Shown in pieces: positions 37,716-50,550 of a stretch of 64,000 nucleotides of DNA (position 1 is the stretch's first letter; every line of letters starts with the position of its first letter). This stretch comes from Auanema rhodensis (taxonomy: Eukaryota > Animalia > Nematoda). The stretch covers positions 11,284,001-11,348,000 of the forward strand of contig OZ059894.1 of the NCBI GenBank assembly GCA_964057225.1, in the 5' to 3' direction. Below the pieces are notes generated by a model that did no database searches, was not told the origin of the DNA, and was given only the letters and a program-made list of their open reading frames with translations. Position numbers and translations under genes: made by a program.

Positions 37716-39690
37716 ATGGTTTATTGAATAACTAATGTTATGAAACAATAAATAACCAATAAAAAAGAGCCCAGAATCGGGGAGACGGTATTACCAGTAC
37801 AACTTAAAACAGCAAGTGATTAAAAAGTACAAAATAAAACACATTACCAACAGAGGCTAAAACGACTCAAGAGTCGGGGGAGTGGGTTAAAAAAAGTAAT
37901 GAATAACAAAAAAAATGAATAATAAAGCAGAACAGTGAAAAGTAAATATCAAGTGCCGCTATGATCAAACAATTTGAGTGCCTACGGCAATAGTGTTAAA
38001 AATAAAAAACAAAATACATGTACCAATGAAGGTCAGAAAGAGAGAAAGAAAAAAGACAAAAATAAGTAATACAAAAAGTAAAAAATATATTACAATCAAA
38101 TCACAAACAAGTCAATGGATAATTTCTTCTTCATACTGCCTTACACCAGAAACATGTTCCACGTAGATATTCCTGGCCCACTTGATGGTATCGGCGACGA
38201 CGAGCTTCTCCATTAGCCGGTTGTAGTGGCTGCTGATCTTGAGTGATCGGAGGGCTTGTACGTTGAGCGGGTCCATAGTTCCAAGCATTCCTACGACATA
38301 CGCTTCTACACTAGTCTTATAACCAAGACATTGGTATTGGCTGGCTATGTCAGCATATTTCCTCTCCTTTATCATACGCGCGGCTATCATGGCTTGTCGG
38401 CGGTTTTCATAGCTCACTGTAACATCAACGATACTACAGTGTTTTGCGTCATGATCGACCACTACTATGTCAGGTCGGAGTGTACTATTAATGCCAGGAA
38501 GAGGCTGGTTAGTGTAAACTTCTCCGTTTTTAGGCTCTGGCAGGGCTTTGATAAGACGGTCCACGATGTTGTTGTGGCGGAGTTGGATTGCTCTCGTGTG
38601 AAAGTGGCAGTGTCCAAGAACATGTGCAGCAGTTTCGTTGGGGTAACTACACCTGCGGCACTGTTTGTTTCCTTCTCCGTGTCTTCTACAGCCATTGAGC
38701 TGGAGAGTATTAAGTCGAGCCTTGTGGATGAATCGCCAATCAGCAAACCGTATGAAATCTCCCTTCGCCATAAAGTGATTGGACGCTTTGTTGAGCATTG
38801 TGACATCAAAGACTTTCCCTTGATCCGGTTTTTGAAGAAGGATCCGAAGGTCTTTCAGCCATAATGCACGTCGCAGGCTTCTGTGGCATAGTGAAGGTGT
38901 TAACAGTTGGTTGTTTAGATTGAGTTCTAAACCACTTTCGAGGCATGTCCAGTTAGCGTTGATGAGTTTCTTGAGTTGACGCATCGCTACTCTTACTCTA
39001 GTCCAGATGGAGGAAACATCAGATGTTTCGGTGTCGAAAATGCCATCAACGGAACCGTTGTAATATGCAGCTGTCTCATCGTTACTGGCTTGACGTTTAA
39101 TCCTTTTTGATGCTACTTTTATTGAGTCTTGATGCGCAATATCAGCTACTACAAGATCAGATGACTTCAAAAGTTGGTAGGCATGAGTGACTTCACAGAC
39201 GTCTGACAGGTGTTGGAGTCGAGAGAGACCAAGTCCGCCGTAGTTAGTTGGCAGGTAGATTGGTTCAGCACTGGCGTTTGGAGGATAGTGCATCCATCTA
39301 CGGGCACAGCGTTTGAGTTCTTTGTCAAAGGCGACTAGTTTACTCTTTGGGACGTGGCCATTCGTCATATGAAAATTAAGGCAGGGCATCAGGAAGGTGC
39401 GTACTGCGTCAGCTTTCTGCCATTCAGCCAGTAAGGATTTGTCAATTTTTTCCAAGTGTTGACTCATGATATTCACTGTTGGAACCGCAGACTTATGTAA
39501 ATGCATTCCAGTAGGGATTCCCAGGTGGGAGTAGCTGTCAAATTTGCTGAGAGCGGGTAGAAAGCAGCTCTGAAGCATGTATGAGGCTGTTGATATTTTC
39601 CCTTTGTCGATCGTCAAAGTGGCGCATTTCGCTGGTTTGAAGGTCAAGCCTGTGAAATTAGCCGCATTTGATGCTGCGTCCAACATTTTC
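37716..39690 (-). mobile_element. 5'-truncated Utopia-like copy, same truncation
   Basis: Identical junction; 2923 bp after the previous copy. Confidence 0.94.
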
Positions 39691-40491
39691 ACGGAGGTTT
39701 AAAAAGCTGTGTTTTACCTTATAATAGACCGGAAAACCCTTGTGTTAAAACTGGACCGTTTTTACACATATAAAAATGTCCCGTATTCGGGACCCTAATG
39801 TAACTTTTGATTCCCTATATTTTTTTCATGAAATTTACAATCTACTGTAGAAAGAAGAATTATTTTTATAAAAACTGTAAATTTTTGAAAAATGAAAACA
39901 AAACGAAAACAAAAACAACTTTTTTTTGAACATTTTCTCACACAAGGGTCCCCCCTTACCTACTTTTTTTCTCATTACTCGTTTCAACCTCATCCGATCA
40001 CTCTGCAAACATGTTTAATCGTTCTAACTTGTTGAAATACGTCTTAAAAGTCTAAACAACATGCATATGCATAATAGAAACCACCCGAATAGGCCCCCAC
40101 GCACTAAACGAGATATATACATTACCAGTATAGTAATAGAACACATATTGAAGATTAATTCGATAAGAACAATTTATTGACGTAGAGAATGTTTGTTCCG
40201 AAAAACTACAATATTAAACTATAAAAGTAACAAAAGCGTAGAGGCAGCAAAGACATGAATAAACATAAATGTAAATACAGAATTACCAGGTAGTACATAA
40301 GTATGACAAAAAATTATAAGAAAGCCATGAAAATAGAAGGTTTGTGAACAAATGAGAGGTACATCTTTGATCGTATAGTCATTTCTAAACCGTTCGTATG
40401 CTGCAGCATCGTCATAAGCGTCACTCAAGTTGAATTTCCATGTGTACTACACGATTTTCATTCTTATTGTTACATTCTTTCCCTGAGGGAA

Positions 40492-40675
40492 TGGGCCGTT
40501 CCCGCCAGCAGTGCAAGAGCGGGTCGACCCGTGAGGTGGAGCTAGCAAGCCAGCATCTACCTCAAGTCTCAAAAATCGGTTAACCTTATTGTGAACCAAT
40601 GGAACACATATCGAAGGTTAATTCGATAAGAACGATTACTACACTTTGATCTTAGCCAAAAGGCCGAGAAGCGAT
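40492..40675 (-). ncRNA. U2: U2 snRNA gene
   Basis: Matches 5727-5910. Confidence 0.96.
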
Positions 40676-41117
40676 ACAGCATAGCCATGAGTATCAAAGA
40701 CATCAAGCAAATGTATCGTACTTGTTACGAGTGCACTCTCTCATTTGAATATAAAAGTGTGGTTTGACAATCTTGACTGTACAGGTCATAAATGGCTCAT
40801 ATAAACTGTGGATTTACTCAACTTTTGGACTTATTTTTTTCTTATTCGAAGCGCTGCACTTTTTTCTATTCTTTTTATTCAAATACTTGTATATAGTTTT
40901 ATATGTACGGTTGCAAAGTTTCCGAATATTTTATATATTTTTATACAATAATTAGGAGAAGGTTAATACAATGAAATCTCCCAACTTTACAGTGTTTGTA
41001 TTGCTTACAGTATCTAGAACAACCACTCTTGTAATATTAGAGCACATATCAATCAACAACTTTTTCTAGTTATCAAAGCTTTTTTATTTCTTCAAGATAT
41101 TTCAAATAAAATATAAA

Positions 41118-41236
41118 AGCTTACGACACCCGGGATTCCCAAGCCGTCTCCGATCCAAGTACTAACCGGGCCCAACGTTGCTTGACTTGCCAGATCGGAC
41201 GGGATGGCGTACTTTCAACGTGGTATGGTCGTAAGC
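41118..41236 (-). rRNA. 5S: 5S rRNA gene
   Basis: Same 119-mer. Confidence 0.97.
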
Positions 41237-41477
41237 AATGTTATATTCTTCATTATCAGTTATATCACTCTAAATCTTGTTGTTAATAGTTAGGACCACA
41301 AAGAAAACAACAGGAACAGTAACAAATGAAATGCCCAAACTTTACAGTGTTCGAGTTATTTACAGTATCTAAGACTACCTCTGTCGTGTTATTAGAGCAA
41401 ACATTCGATTAACAACAACTTTTTTTTAGTTATCAAAGCTTTTTTATTTCTTCAAAAAATTTCAAATAAAATATAAA

Positions 41478-41596
41478 AGCTTACGACACCCGGGATTCCC
41501 AAGCCGTCTCCGATCCAAGTACTAACCGGGCCCAACGTTGCTTGACTTGCCAGATCGGACGGGATGGCGTACTTTCAACGTGGTATGGTCGTAAGC
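41478..41596 (-). rRNA. 5S: 5S rRNA gene
   Basis: Same 119-mer. Confidence 0.97.
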
Positions 41597-41738
41597 AATG
41601 TCATATTCTTCATTATCAGTTATATCACTCTAAATCTTGTTGTTAATAGATACGACCACAAAGAAAACAACAGGAACAGTAACAATAACAAAAAAAATTT
41701 TTTTTTCACCTATGTGTCTAAAGGTTAGCCATGTATCC

Positions 41739-41796
<58 letters not shown>

Positions 41797-42978
41797 ACAG
41801 TAAAAAGTCCAATCAAGAGAGAAATTTTTTCAACACATAGTTGTTTTTTTTTTAAATATCATTGTTTTTCCTCATAACTCGGTTTAAACTCGTTCTAACC
41901 CGTTGAAATACGTCTAGAAAGTCTTTATAACATGCATATGTATGATAGAACTTCATATTTATTGTAATAGAAAATTTTATTTTCAGACGTCTTGGTTAAC
42001 AATGATATGTTTTACCCCCTTATAATTTTTATCATAATGTTCCTTATACGGAACGCTCAATGAAACTTGCTTCCAGAAAAATTTCTTTCTATTTTTTCTT
42101 CATATGTACGTAGATACTATAGAGAACTATGATAGAAAACTTTAACATTCACGAAATCATCATTTCTCATTACGCTACGGAGGTTTAAAAAGCTGTGTTT
42201 TACCTTATAATAGACCGGAAAACCCTTGTGTTAAAACTGGACCGTTTTTACACATATAAAAATGTCCCGTATTCGGGACCCTAATGTAACTTTTGATTCC
42301 CTATATTTTTTTTCATGAAATTTACAATCTACTGTAGAAAGAAGAATTATTTTTATAAAAACTGTAAATTTTTGAAAAATGAAAACAAAACGAAAACAAA
42401 AACAACTTTTTTTTGAACATTTTCTCACACAAGGGTCCCCCCTTACCTACTTTTTTTCTCATTACTCGTTTCAACCTCATCCGATCACTCTGCAAACATG
42501 TTTAATCGTTCTAACTTGTTGAAATACGTCTTAAAAGTCTAAACAACATGCATATGCATAATAGAAACCACCCGAATAGGCCCCCACGCACTAAACGAGA
42601 TATATACATTACCAGTATAGTAATAGAACACATATTGAAGATTAATTCGATAAGAACAATTAATTGACGTAGAGAATGTTTGTTCCGAAAAACTACAATA
42701 TTAAACTATAAAAGTAACAAAAGCGTAGAGGCAGCAAAGACATGAATAAACATAAATGTAAATACAGAATTACCAGGTAGTACATAAGTATGACAAAAAA
42801 TTATAAGAAAGCCATGAAAATAGAAGGTTTGTGAACAAATGAGAGGTACATCTTTGATCGTATAGTCATTTCTAAACCGTTCGTATGCTGCAGCATCGTC
42901 ATAAGCGTCACTCAAGTTGAATTTCCATGTGTACTACACGATTTTCATTCTTATTGTTACATTCTTTCCCTGAGGGAA

Positions 42979-43162
42979 TGGGCCGTTCCCGCCAGCAGTG
43001 CAAGAGCGGGTCGACCCGTGAGGTGGAGCTAGCAAGCCAGCATCTACCTCAAGTCTCAAAAATCGGTTAACCTTATTGTGAACCAATGGAACACATATCG
43101 AAGGTTAATTCGATAAGAACGATTACTACACTTTGATCTTAGCCAAAAGGCCGAGAAGCGAT
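42979..43162 (-). ncRNA. U2: U2 snRNA gene
   Basis: Matches 5727-5910. Confidence 0.96.
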
Positions 43163-43604
43163 ACAGCATAGCCATGAGTATCAAAGACATCAAGCAAATG
43201 TATCGTACTTGTTACGAGTGCACTCTCTCATTTGAATATAAAAGTGTGGTTTGACAATCTTGACTGTACAGGTCATAAATGGCTCATATAAACTGTGGAT
43301 TTACTCAACTTTTGGACTTATTTTTTTCTTATTCGAAGCGCTGCACTTTTTTCTATTCTTTTTATTCAAATACTTGTATATAGTTTTATATGTACGGTTG
43401 CAAAGTTTCCGAATATTTTATATATTTTTATACCATAATTAGGAGAAGGTTAATACAATGAAATCTCCCAACTTTACAGTGTTTGTATTGCTTACAGTAT
43501 CTAGAACAACCACTCTTGTAATATTAGAGCACATATCAATCAACAACTTTTTCTAGTTATCAAAGCTTTTTTATTTCTTCAAGATATTTCAAATAAAATA
43601 TAAA

Positions 43605-43723
43605 AGCTTACGACACCCGGGATTCCCAAGCCGTCTCCGATCCAAGTACTAACCGGGCCCAACGTTGCTTGACTTGCCAGATCGGACGGGATGGCGTACT
43701 TTCAACGTGGTATGGTCGTAAGC
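43605..43723 (-). rRNA. 5S: 5S rRNA gene
   Basis: Same 119-mer. Confidence 0.97.
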
Positions 43724-43964
43724 AATGTTATATTCTTCATTATCAGTTATATCACTCTAAATCTTGTTGTTAATAGTTAGGACCACAAAGAAAACAACAG
43801 GAACAGTAACAAATGAAATGCCCAAACTTTACAGTGTTCGAGTTATTTACAGTATCTAAGACTACCTCTGTCGTGTTATTAGAGCAAACATTCGATTAAC
43901 AACAACTTTTTTTTAGTTATCAAAGCTTTTTTATTTCTTCAAAAAATTTCAAATAAAATATAAA

Positions 43965-44083
43965 AGCTTACGACACCCGGGATTCCCAAGCCGTCTCCGA
44001 TCCAAGTACTAACCGGGCCCAACGTTGCTTGACTTGCCAGATCGGACGGGATGGCGTACTTTCAACGTGGTATGGTCGTAAGC
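43965..44083 (-). rRNA. 5S: 5S rRNA gene
   Basis: Same 119-mer. Confidence 0.97.
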
Positions 44084-44225
44084 AATGTCATATTCTTCAT
44101 TATCAGTTATATCACTCTAAATCTTGTTGTTAATAGATACGACCACAAAGAAAACAACAGGAACAGTAACAATAACAAAAAAAATTTTTTTTTCACCTAT
44201 GTGTCTAAAGGTTAGCCATGTATCC

Positions 44226-44277
<52 letters not shown>

Positions 44278-45459
44278 ACAGTAAAAAGTCCAATCAAGAG
44301 AGAAATTTTTTCAACACATAGTTGTTTTTTTTTTAAATATCATTGTTTTTCCTCATAACTCGGTTTAAACTCGTTCTAACCCGTTGAAATACGTCTAGAA
44401 AGTCTTTATAACATGCATATGTATGATAGAACTTCATATTTATTGTAATAGAAAATTTTATTTTCAGACGTCTTGGTTAACAATGATATGTTTTACCCCC
44501 TTATAATTTTTATCATAATGTTCCTTATACGGAACGCTCAATGAAACTTGCTTCCAGAAAAATTTCTTTCTATTTTTTCTTCATATGTACGTAGATACTA
44601 TAGAGAACTATGATAGAAAACTTTAACATTCACGAAATCATCATTTCTCATTACGCTACGGAGGTTTAAAAAGCTGTGTTTTACCTTATAATAGACCGGA
44701 AAACCCTTGTGTTAAAACTGGACCGTTTTTACACATATAAAAATGTCCCGTATTCGGGACCCTAATGTAACTTTTGATTCCCTATATTTTTTTTCATGAA
44801 ATTTACAATCTACTGTAGAAAGAAGAATTATTTTTATAAAAACTGTAAATTTTTGAAAAATGAAAACAAAACGAAAACAAAAACAACTTTTTTTTGAACA
44901 TTTTCTCACACAAGGGTCCCCCCTTACCTACTTTTTTTCTCATTACTCGTTTCAACCTCATCCGATCACTCTGCAAACATGTTTAATCGTTCTAACTTGT
45001 TGAAATACGTCTTAAAAGTCTAAACAACATGCATATGCATAATAGAAACCACCCGAATAGGCCCCCACGCACTAAACGAGATATATACATTACCAGTATA
45101 GTAATAGAACACATATTGAAGATTAATTCGATAAGAACAATTTATTGACGTAGAGAATGTTTGTTCCGAAAAACTACAATATTAAACTATAAAAGTAACA
45201 AAAGCGTAGAGGCAGCAAAGACATGAATAAACATAAATGTAAATACAGAATTACCAGGTAGTACATAAGTATGACAAAAAATTATAAGAAAGCCATGAAA
45301 ATAGAAGGTTTGTGAACAAATGAGAGGTACATCTTTGATCGTATAGTCATTTCTAAACCGTTCGTATGCTGCAGCATCGTCATAAGCGTCACTCAAGTTG
45401 AATTTCCATGTGTACTACACGATTTTCATTCTTATTGTTACATTCTTTCCCTGAGGGAA

Positions 45460-45643
45460 TGGGCCGTTCCCGCCAGCAGTGCAAGAGCGGGTCGACCCGT
45501 GAGGTGGAGCTAGCAAGCCAGCATCTACCTCAAGTCTCAAAAATCGGTTAACCTTATTGTGAACCAATGGAACACATATCGAAGGTTAATTCGATAAGAA
45601 CGATTACTACACTTTGATCTTAGCCAAAAGGCCGAGAAGCGAT
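45460..45643 (-). ncRNA. U2: U2 snRNA gene
   Basis: Matches 5727-5910. Confidence 0.96.
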
Positions 45644-46085
45644 ACAGCATAGCCATGAGTATCAAAGACATCAAGCAAATGTATCGTACTTGTTACGAGT
45701 GCACTCTCTCATTTGAATATAAAAGTGTGGTTTGACAATCTTGACTGTACAGGTCATAAATGGCTCATATAAACTGTGGATTTACTCAACTTTTGGACTT
45801 ATTTTTTTCTTATTCGAAGCGCTGCACTTTTTTCTATTCTTTTTATTCAAATACTTGTATATAGTTTTATATGTACGGTTGCAAAGTTTCCGAATATTTT
45901 ATATATTTTTATACAATAATTAGGAGAAGGTTAATACAATGAAATCTCCCAACTTTACAGTGTTTGTATTGCTTACAGTATCTAGAACAACCACTCTTGT
46001 AATATTAGAGCACATATCAATCAACAACTTTTTCTAGTTATCAAAGCTTTTTTATTTCTTCAAGATATTTCAAATAAAATATAAA

Positions 46086-46204
46086 AGCTTACGACACCCG
46101 GGATTCCCAAGCCGTCTCCGATCCAAGTACTAACCGGGCCCAACGTTGCTTGACTTGCCAGATCGGACGGGATGGCGTACTTTCAACGTGGTATGGTCGT
46201 AAGC
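46086..46204 (-). rRNA. 5S: 5S rRNA gene
   Basis: Same 119-mer. Confidence 0.97.
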
Positions 46205-46445
46205 AATGTTATATTCTTCATTATCAGTTATATCACTCTAAATCTTGTTGTTAATAGTTAGGACCACAAAGAAAACAACAGGAACAGTAACAAATGAAAT
46301 GCCCAAACTTTACAGTGTTCGAGTTATTTACAGTATCTAAGACTACCTCTGTCGTGTTATTAGAGCAAACATTCGATTAACAACAACTTTTTTTTAGTTA
46401 TCAAAGCTTTTTTATTTCTTCAAAAAATTTCAAATAAAATATAAA

Positions 46446-46564
46446 AGCTTACGACACCCGGGATTCCCAAGCCGTCTCCGATCCAAGTACTAACCGGGCC
46501 CAACGTTGCTTGACTTGCCAGATCGGACGGGATGGCGTACTTTCAACGTGGTATGGTCGTAAGC
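46446..46564 (-). rRNA. 5S: 5S rRNA gene
   Basis: Same 119-mer. Confidence 0.97.
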
Positions 46565-46706
46565 AATGTCATATTCTTCATTATCAGTTATATCACTCTA
46601 AATCTTGTTGTTAATAGATACGACCACAAAGAAAACAACAGGAACAGTAACAATAACAAAAAAAATTTTTTTTTCACCTATGTGTCTAAAGGTTAGCCAT
46701 GTATCC

Positions 46707-46746
<40 letters not shown>

Positions 46747-47928
46747 ACAGTAAAAAGTCCAATCAAGAGAGAAATTTTTTCAACACATAGTTGTTTTTTT
46801 TTTAAATATCATTGTTTTTCCTCATAACTCGGTTTAAACTCGTTCTAACCCGTTGAAATACGTCTAGAAAGTCTTTATAACATGCATATGTATGATAGAA
46901 CTTCATATTTATTGTAATAGAAAATTTTATTTTCAGACGTCTTGGTTAACAATGATATGTTTTACCCCCTTATAATTTTTATCATAATGTTCCTTATACG
47001 GAACGCTCAATGAAACTTGCTTCCAGAAAAATTTCTTTCTATTTTTTCTTCATATGTACGTAGATACTATAGAGAACTATGATAGAAAACTTTAACATTC
47101 ACGAAATCATCATTTCTCATTACGCTACGGAGGTTTAAAAAGCTGTGTTTTACCTTATAATAGACCGGAAAACCCTTGTGTTAAAACTGGACCGTTTTTA
47201 CACATATAAAAATGTCCCGTATTCGGGACCCTAATGTAACTTTTGATTCCCTATATTTTTTTTCATGAAATTTACAATCTACTGTAGAAAGAAGAATTAT
47301 TTTTATAAAAACTGTAAATTTTTGAAAAATGAAAACAAAACGAAAACAAAAACAACTTTTTTTTGAACATTTTCTCACACAAGGGTCCCCCCTTACCTAC
47401 TTTTTTTCTCATTACTCGTTTCAACCTCATCCGATCACTCTGCAAACATGTTTAATCGTTCTAACTTGTTGAAATACGTCTTAAAAGTCTAAACAACATG
47501 CATATGCATAATAGAAACCACCCGAATAGGCCCCCACGCACTAAACGAGATATATACATTACCAGTATAGTAATAGAACACATATTGAAGATTAATTCGA
47601 TAAGAACAATTTATTGACGTAGAGAATGTTTGTTCCGAAAAACTACAATATTAAACTATAAAAGTAACAAAAGCGTAGAGGCAGCAAAGACATGAATAAA
47701 CATAAATGTAAATACAGAATTACCAGGTAGTACATAAGTATGACAAAAAATTATAAGAAAGCCATGAAAATAGAAGGTTTGTGAACAAATGAGAGGTACA
47801 TCTTTGATCGTATAGTCATTTCTAAACCGTTCGTATGCTGCAGCATCGTCATAAGCGTCACTCAAGTTGAATTTCCATGTGTACTACACGATTTTCATTC
47901 TTATTGTTACATTCTTTCCCTGAGGGAA

Positions 47929-48112
47929 TGGGCCGTTCCCGCCAGCAGTGCAAGAGCGGGTCGACCCGTGAGGTGGAGCTAGCAAGCCAGCATCTACCTC
48001 AAGTCTCAAAAATCGGTTAACCTTATTGTGAACCAATGGAACACATATCGAAGGTTAATTCGATAAGAACGATTACTACACTTTGATCTTAGCCAAAAGG
48101 CCGAGAAGCGAT
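47929..48112 (-). ncRNA. U2: U2 snRNA gene
   Basis: Matches 5727-5910. Confidence 0.96.
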
Positions 48113-48554
48113 ACAGCATAGCCATGAGTATCAAAGACATCAAGCAAATGTATCGTACTTGTTACGAGTGCACTCTCTCATTTGAATATAAAAGTGTGGT
48201 TTGACAATCTTGACTGTACAGGTCATAAATGGCTCATATAAACTGTGGATTTACTCAACTTTTGGACTTATTTTTTTCTTATTCGAAGCGCTGCACTTTT
48301 TTCTATTCTTTTTATTCAAATACTTGTATATAGTTTTATATGTACGGTTGCAAAGTTTCCGAATATTTTATATATTTTTATACAATAATTAGGAGAAGGT
48401 TAATACAATGAAATCTCCCAACTTTACAGTGTTTGTATTGCTTACAGTATCTAGAACAACCACTCTTGTAATATTAGAGCACATATCAATCAACAACTTT
48501 TTCTAGTTATCAAAGCTTTTTTATTTCTTCAAGATATTTCAAATAAAATATAAA

Positions 48555-48673
48555 AGCTTACGACACCCGGGATTCCCAAGCCGTCTCCGATCCAAGTACT
48601 AACCGGGCCCAACGTTGCTTGACTTGCCAGATCGGACGGGATGGCGTACTTTCAACGTGGTATGGTCGTAAGC
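48555..48673 (-). rRNA. 5S: 5S rRNA gene
   Basis: Same 119-mer. Confidence 0.97.
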
Positions 48674-48914
48674 AATGTTATATTCTTCATTATCAGTTAT
48701 ATCACTCTAAATCTTGTTGTTAATAGTTAGGACCACAAAGAAAACAACAGGAACAGTAACAAATGAAATGCCCAAACTTTACAGTGTTCGAGTTATTTAC
48801 AGTATCTAAGACTACCTCTGTCGTGTTATTAGAGCAAACATTCGATTAACAACAACTTTTTTTTAGTTATCAAAGCTTTTTTATTTCTTCAAAAAATTTC
48901 AAATAAAATATAAA

Positions 48915-49033
48915 AGCTTACGACACCCGGGATTCCCAAGCCGTCTCCGATCCAAGTACTAACCGGGCCCAACGTTGCTTGACTTGCCAGATCGGACGGG
49001 ATGGCGTACTTTCAACGTGGTATGGTCGTAAGC
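48915..49033 (-). rRNA. 5S: 5S rRNA gene
   Basis: Same 119-mer. Confidence 0.97.
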
Positions 49034-49175
49034 AATGTCATATTCTTCATTATCAGTTATATCACTCTAAATCTTGTTGTTAATAGATACGACCACAAAG
49101 AAAACAACAGGAACAGTAACAATAACAAAAAAAATTTTTTTTTCACCTATGTGTCTAAAGGTTAGCCATGTATCC

Positions 49176-49221
<46 letters not shown>

Positions 49222-50403
49222 ACAGTAAAAAGTCCAATCAAGAGAGAAATTTTTTCAACACATAGTTGTTTTTTTTTTAAATATCATTGTTTTTCCTCAT
49301 AACTCGGTTTAAACTCGTTCTAACCCGTTGAAATACGTCTAGAAAGTCTTTATAACATGCATATGTATGATAGAACTTCATATTTATTGTAATAGAAAAT
49401 TTTATTTTCAGACGTCTTGGTTAACAATGATATGTTTTACCCCCTTATAATTTTTATCATAATGTTCCTTATACGGAACGCTCAATGAAACTTGCTTCCA
49501 GAAAAATTTCTTTCTATTTTTTCTTCATATGTACGTAGATACTATAGAGAACTATGATAGAAAACTTTAACATTCACGAAATCATCATTTCTCATTACGC
49601 TACGGAGGTTTAAAAAGCTGTGTTTTACCTTATAATAGACCGGAAAACCCTTGTGTTAAAACTGGACCGTTTTTACACATATAAAAATGTCCCGTATTCG
49701 GGACCCTAATGTAACTTTTGATTCCCTATATTTTTTTTCATGAAATTTACAATCTACTGTAGAAAGAAGAATTATTTTTATAAAAACTGTAAATTTTTGA
49801 AAAATGAAAACAAAACGAAAACAAAAACAACTTTTTTTTGAACATTTTCTCACACAAGGGTCCCCCCTTACCTACTTTTTTTCTCATTACTCGTTTCAAC
49901 CTCATCCGATCACTCTGCAAACATGTTTAATCGTTCTAACTTGTTGAAATACGTCTTAAAAGTCTAAACAACATGCATATGCATAATAGAAACCACCCGA
50001 ATAGGCCCCCACGCACTAAACGAGATATATACATTACCAGTATAGTAATAGAACACATATTGAAGATTAATTCGATAAGAACAATTTATTGACGTAGAGA
50101 ATGTTTGTTCCGAAAAACTACAATATTAAACTATAAAAGTAACAAAAGCGTAGAGGCAGCAAAGACATGAATAAACATAAATGTAAATACAGAATTACCA
50201 GGTAGTACATAAGTATGACAAAAAATTATAAGAAAGCCATGAAAATAGAAGGTTTGTGAACAAATGAGAGGTACATCTTTGATCGTATAGTCATTTCTAA
50301 ACCGTTCGTATGCTGCAGCATCGTCATAAGCGTCACTCAAGTTGAATTTCCATGTGTACTACACGATTTTCATTCTTATTGTTACATTCTTTCCCTGAGG
50401 GAA

Positions 50404-50550
50404 TGGGCCGTTCCCGCCAGCAGTGCAAGAGCGGGTCGACCCGTGAGGTGGAGCTAGCAAGCCAGCATCTACCTCAAGTCTCAAAAATCGGTTAACCTTA
50501 TTGTGAACCAATGGAACACATATCGAAGGTTAATTCGATAAGAACGATTA
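50404..50550 (-). pseudogene. U2: U2 3' part (nt 38-184), interrupted
   Basis: Same 3' junction. Confidence 0.93.
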
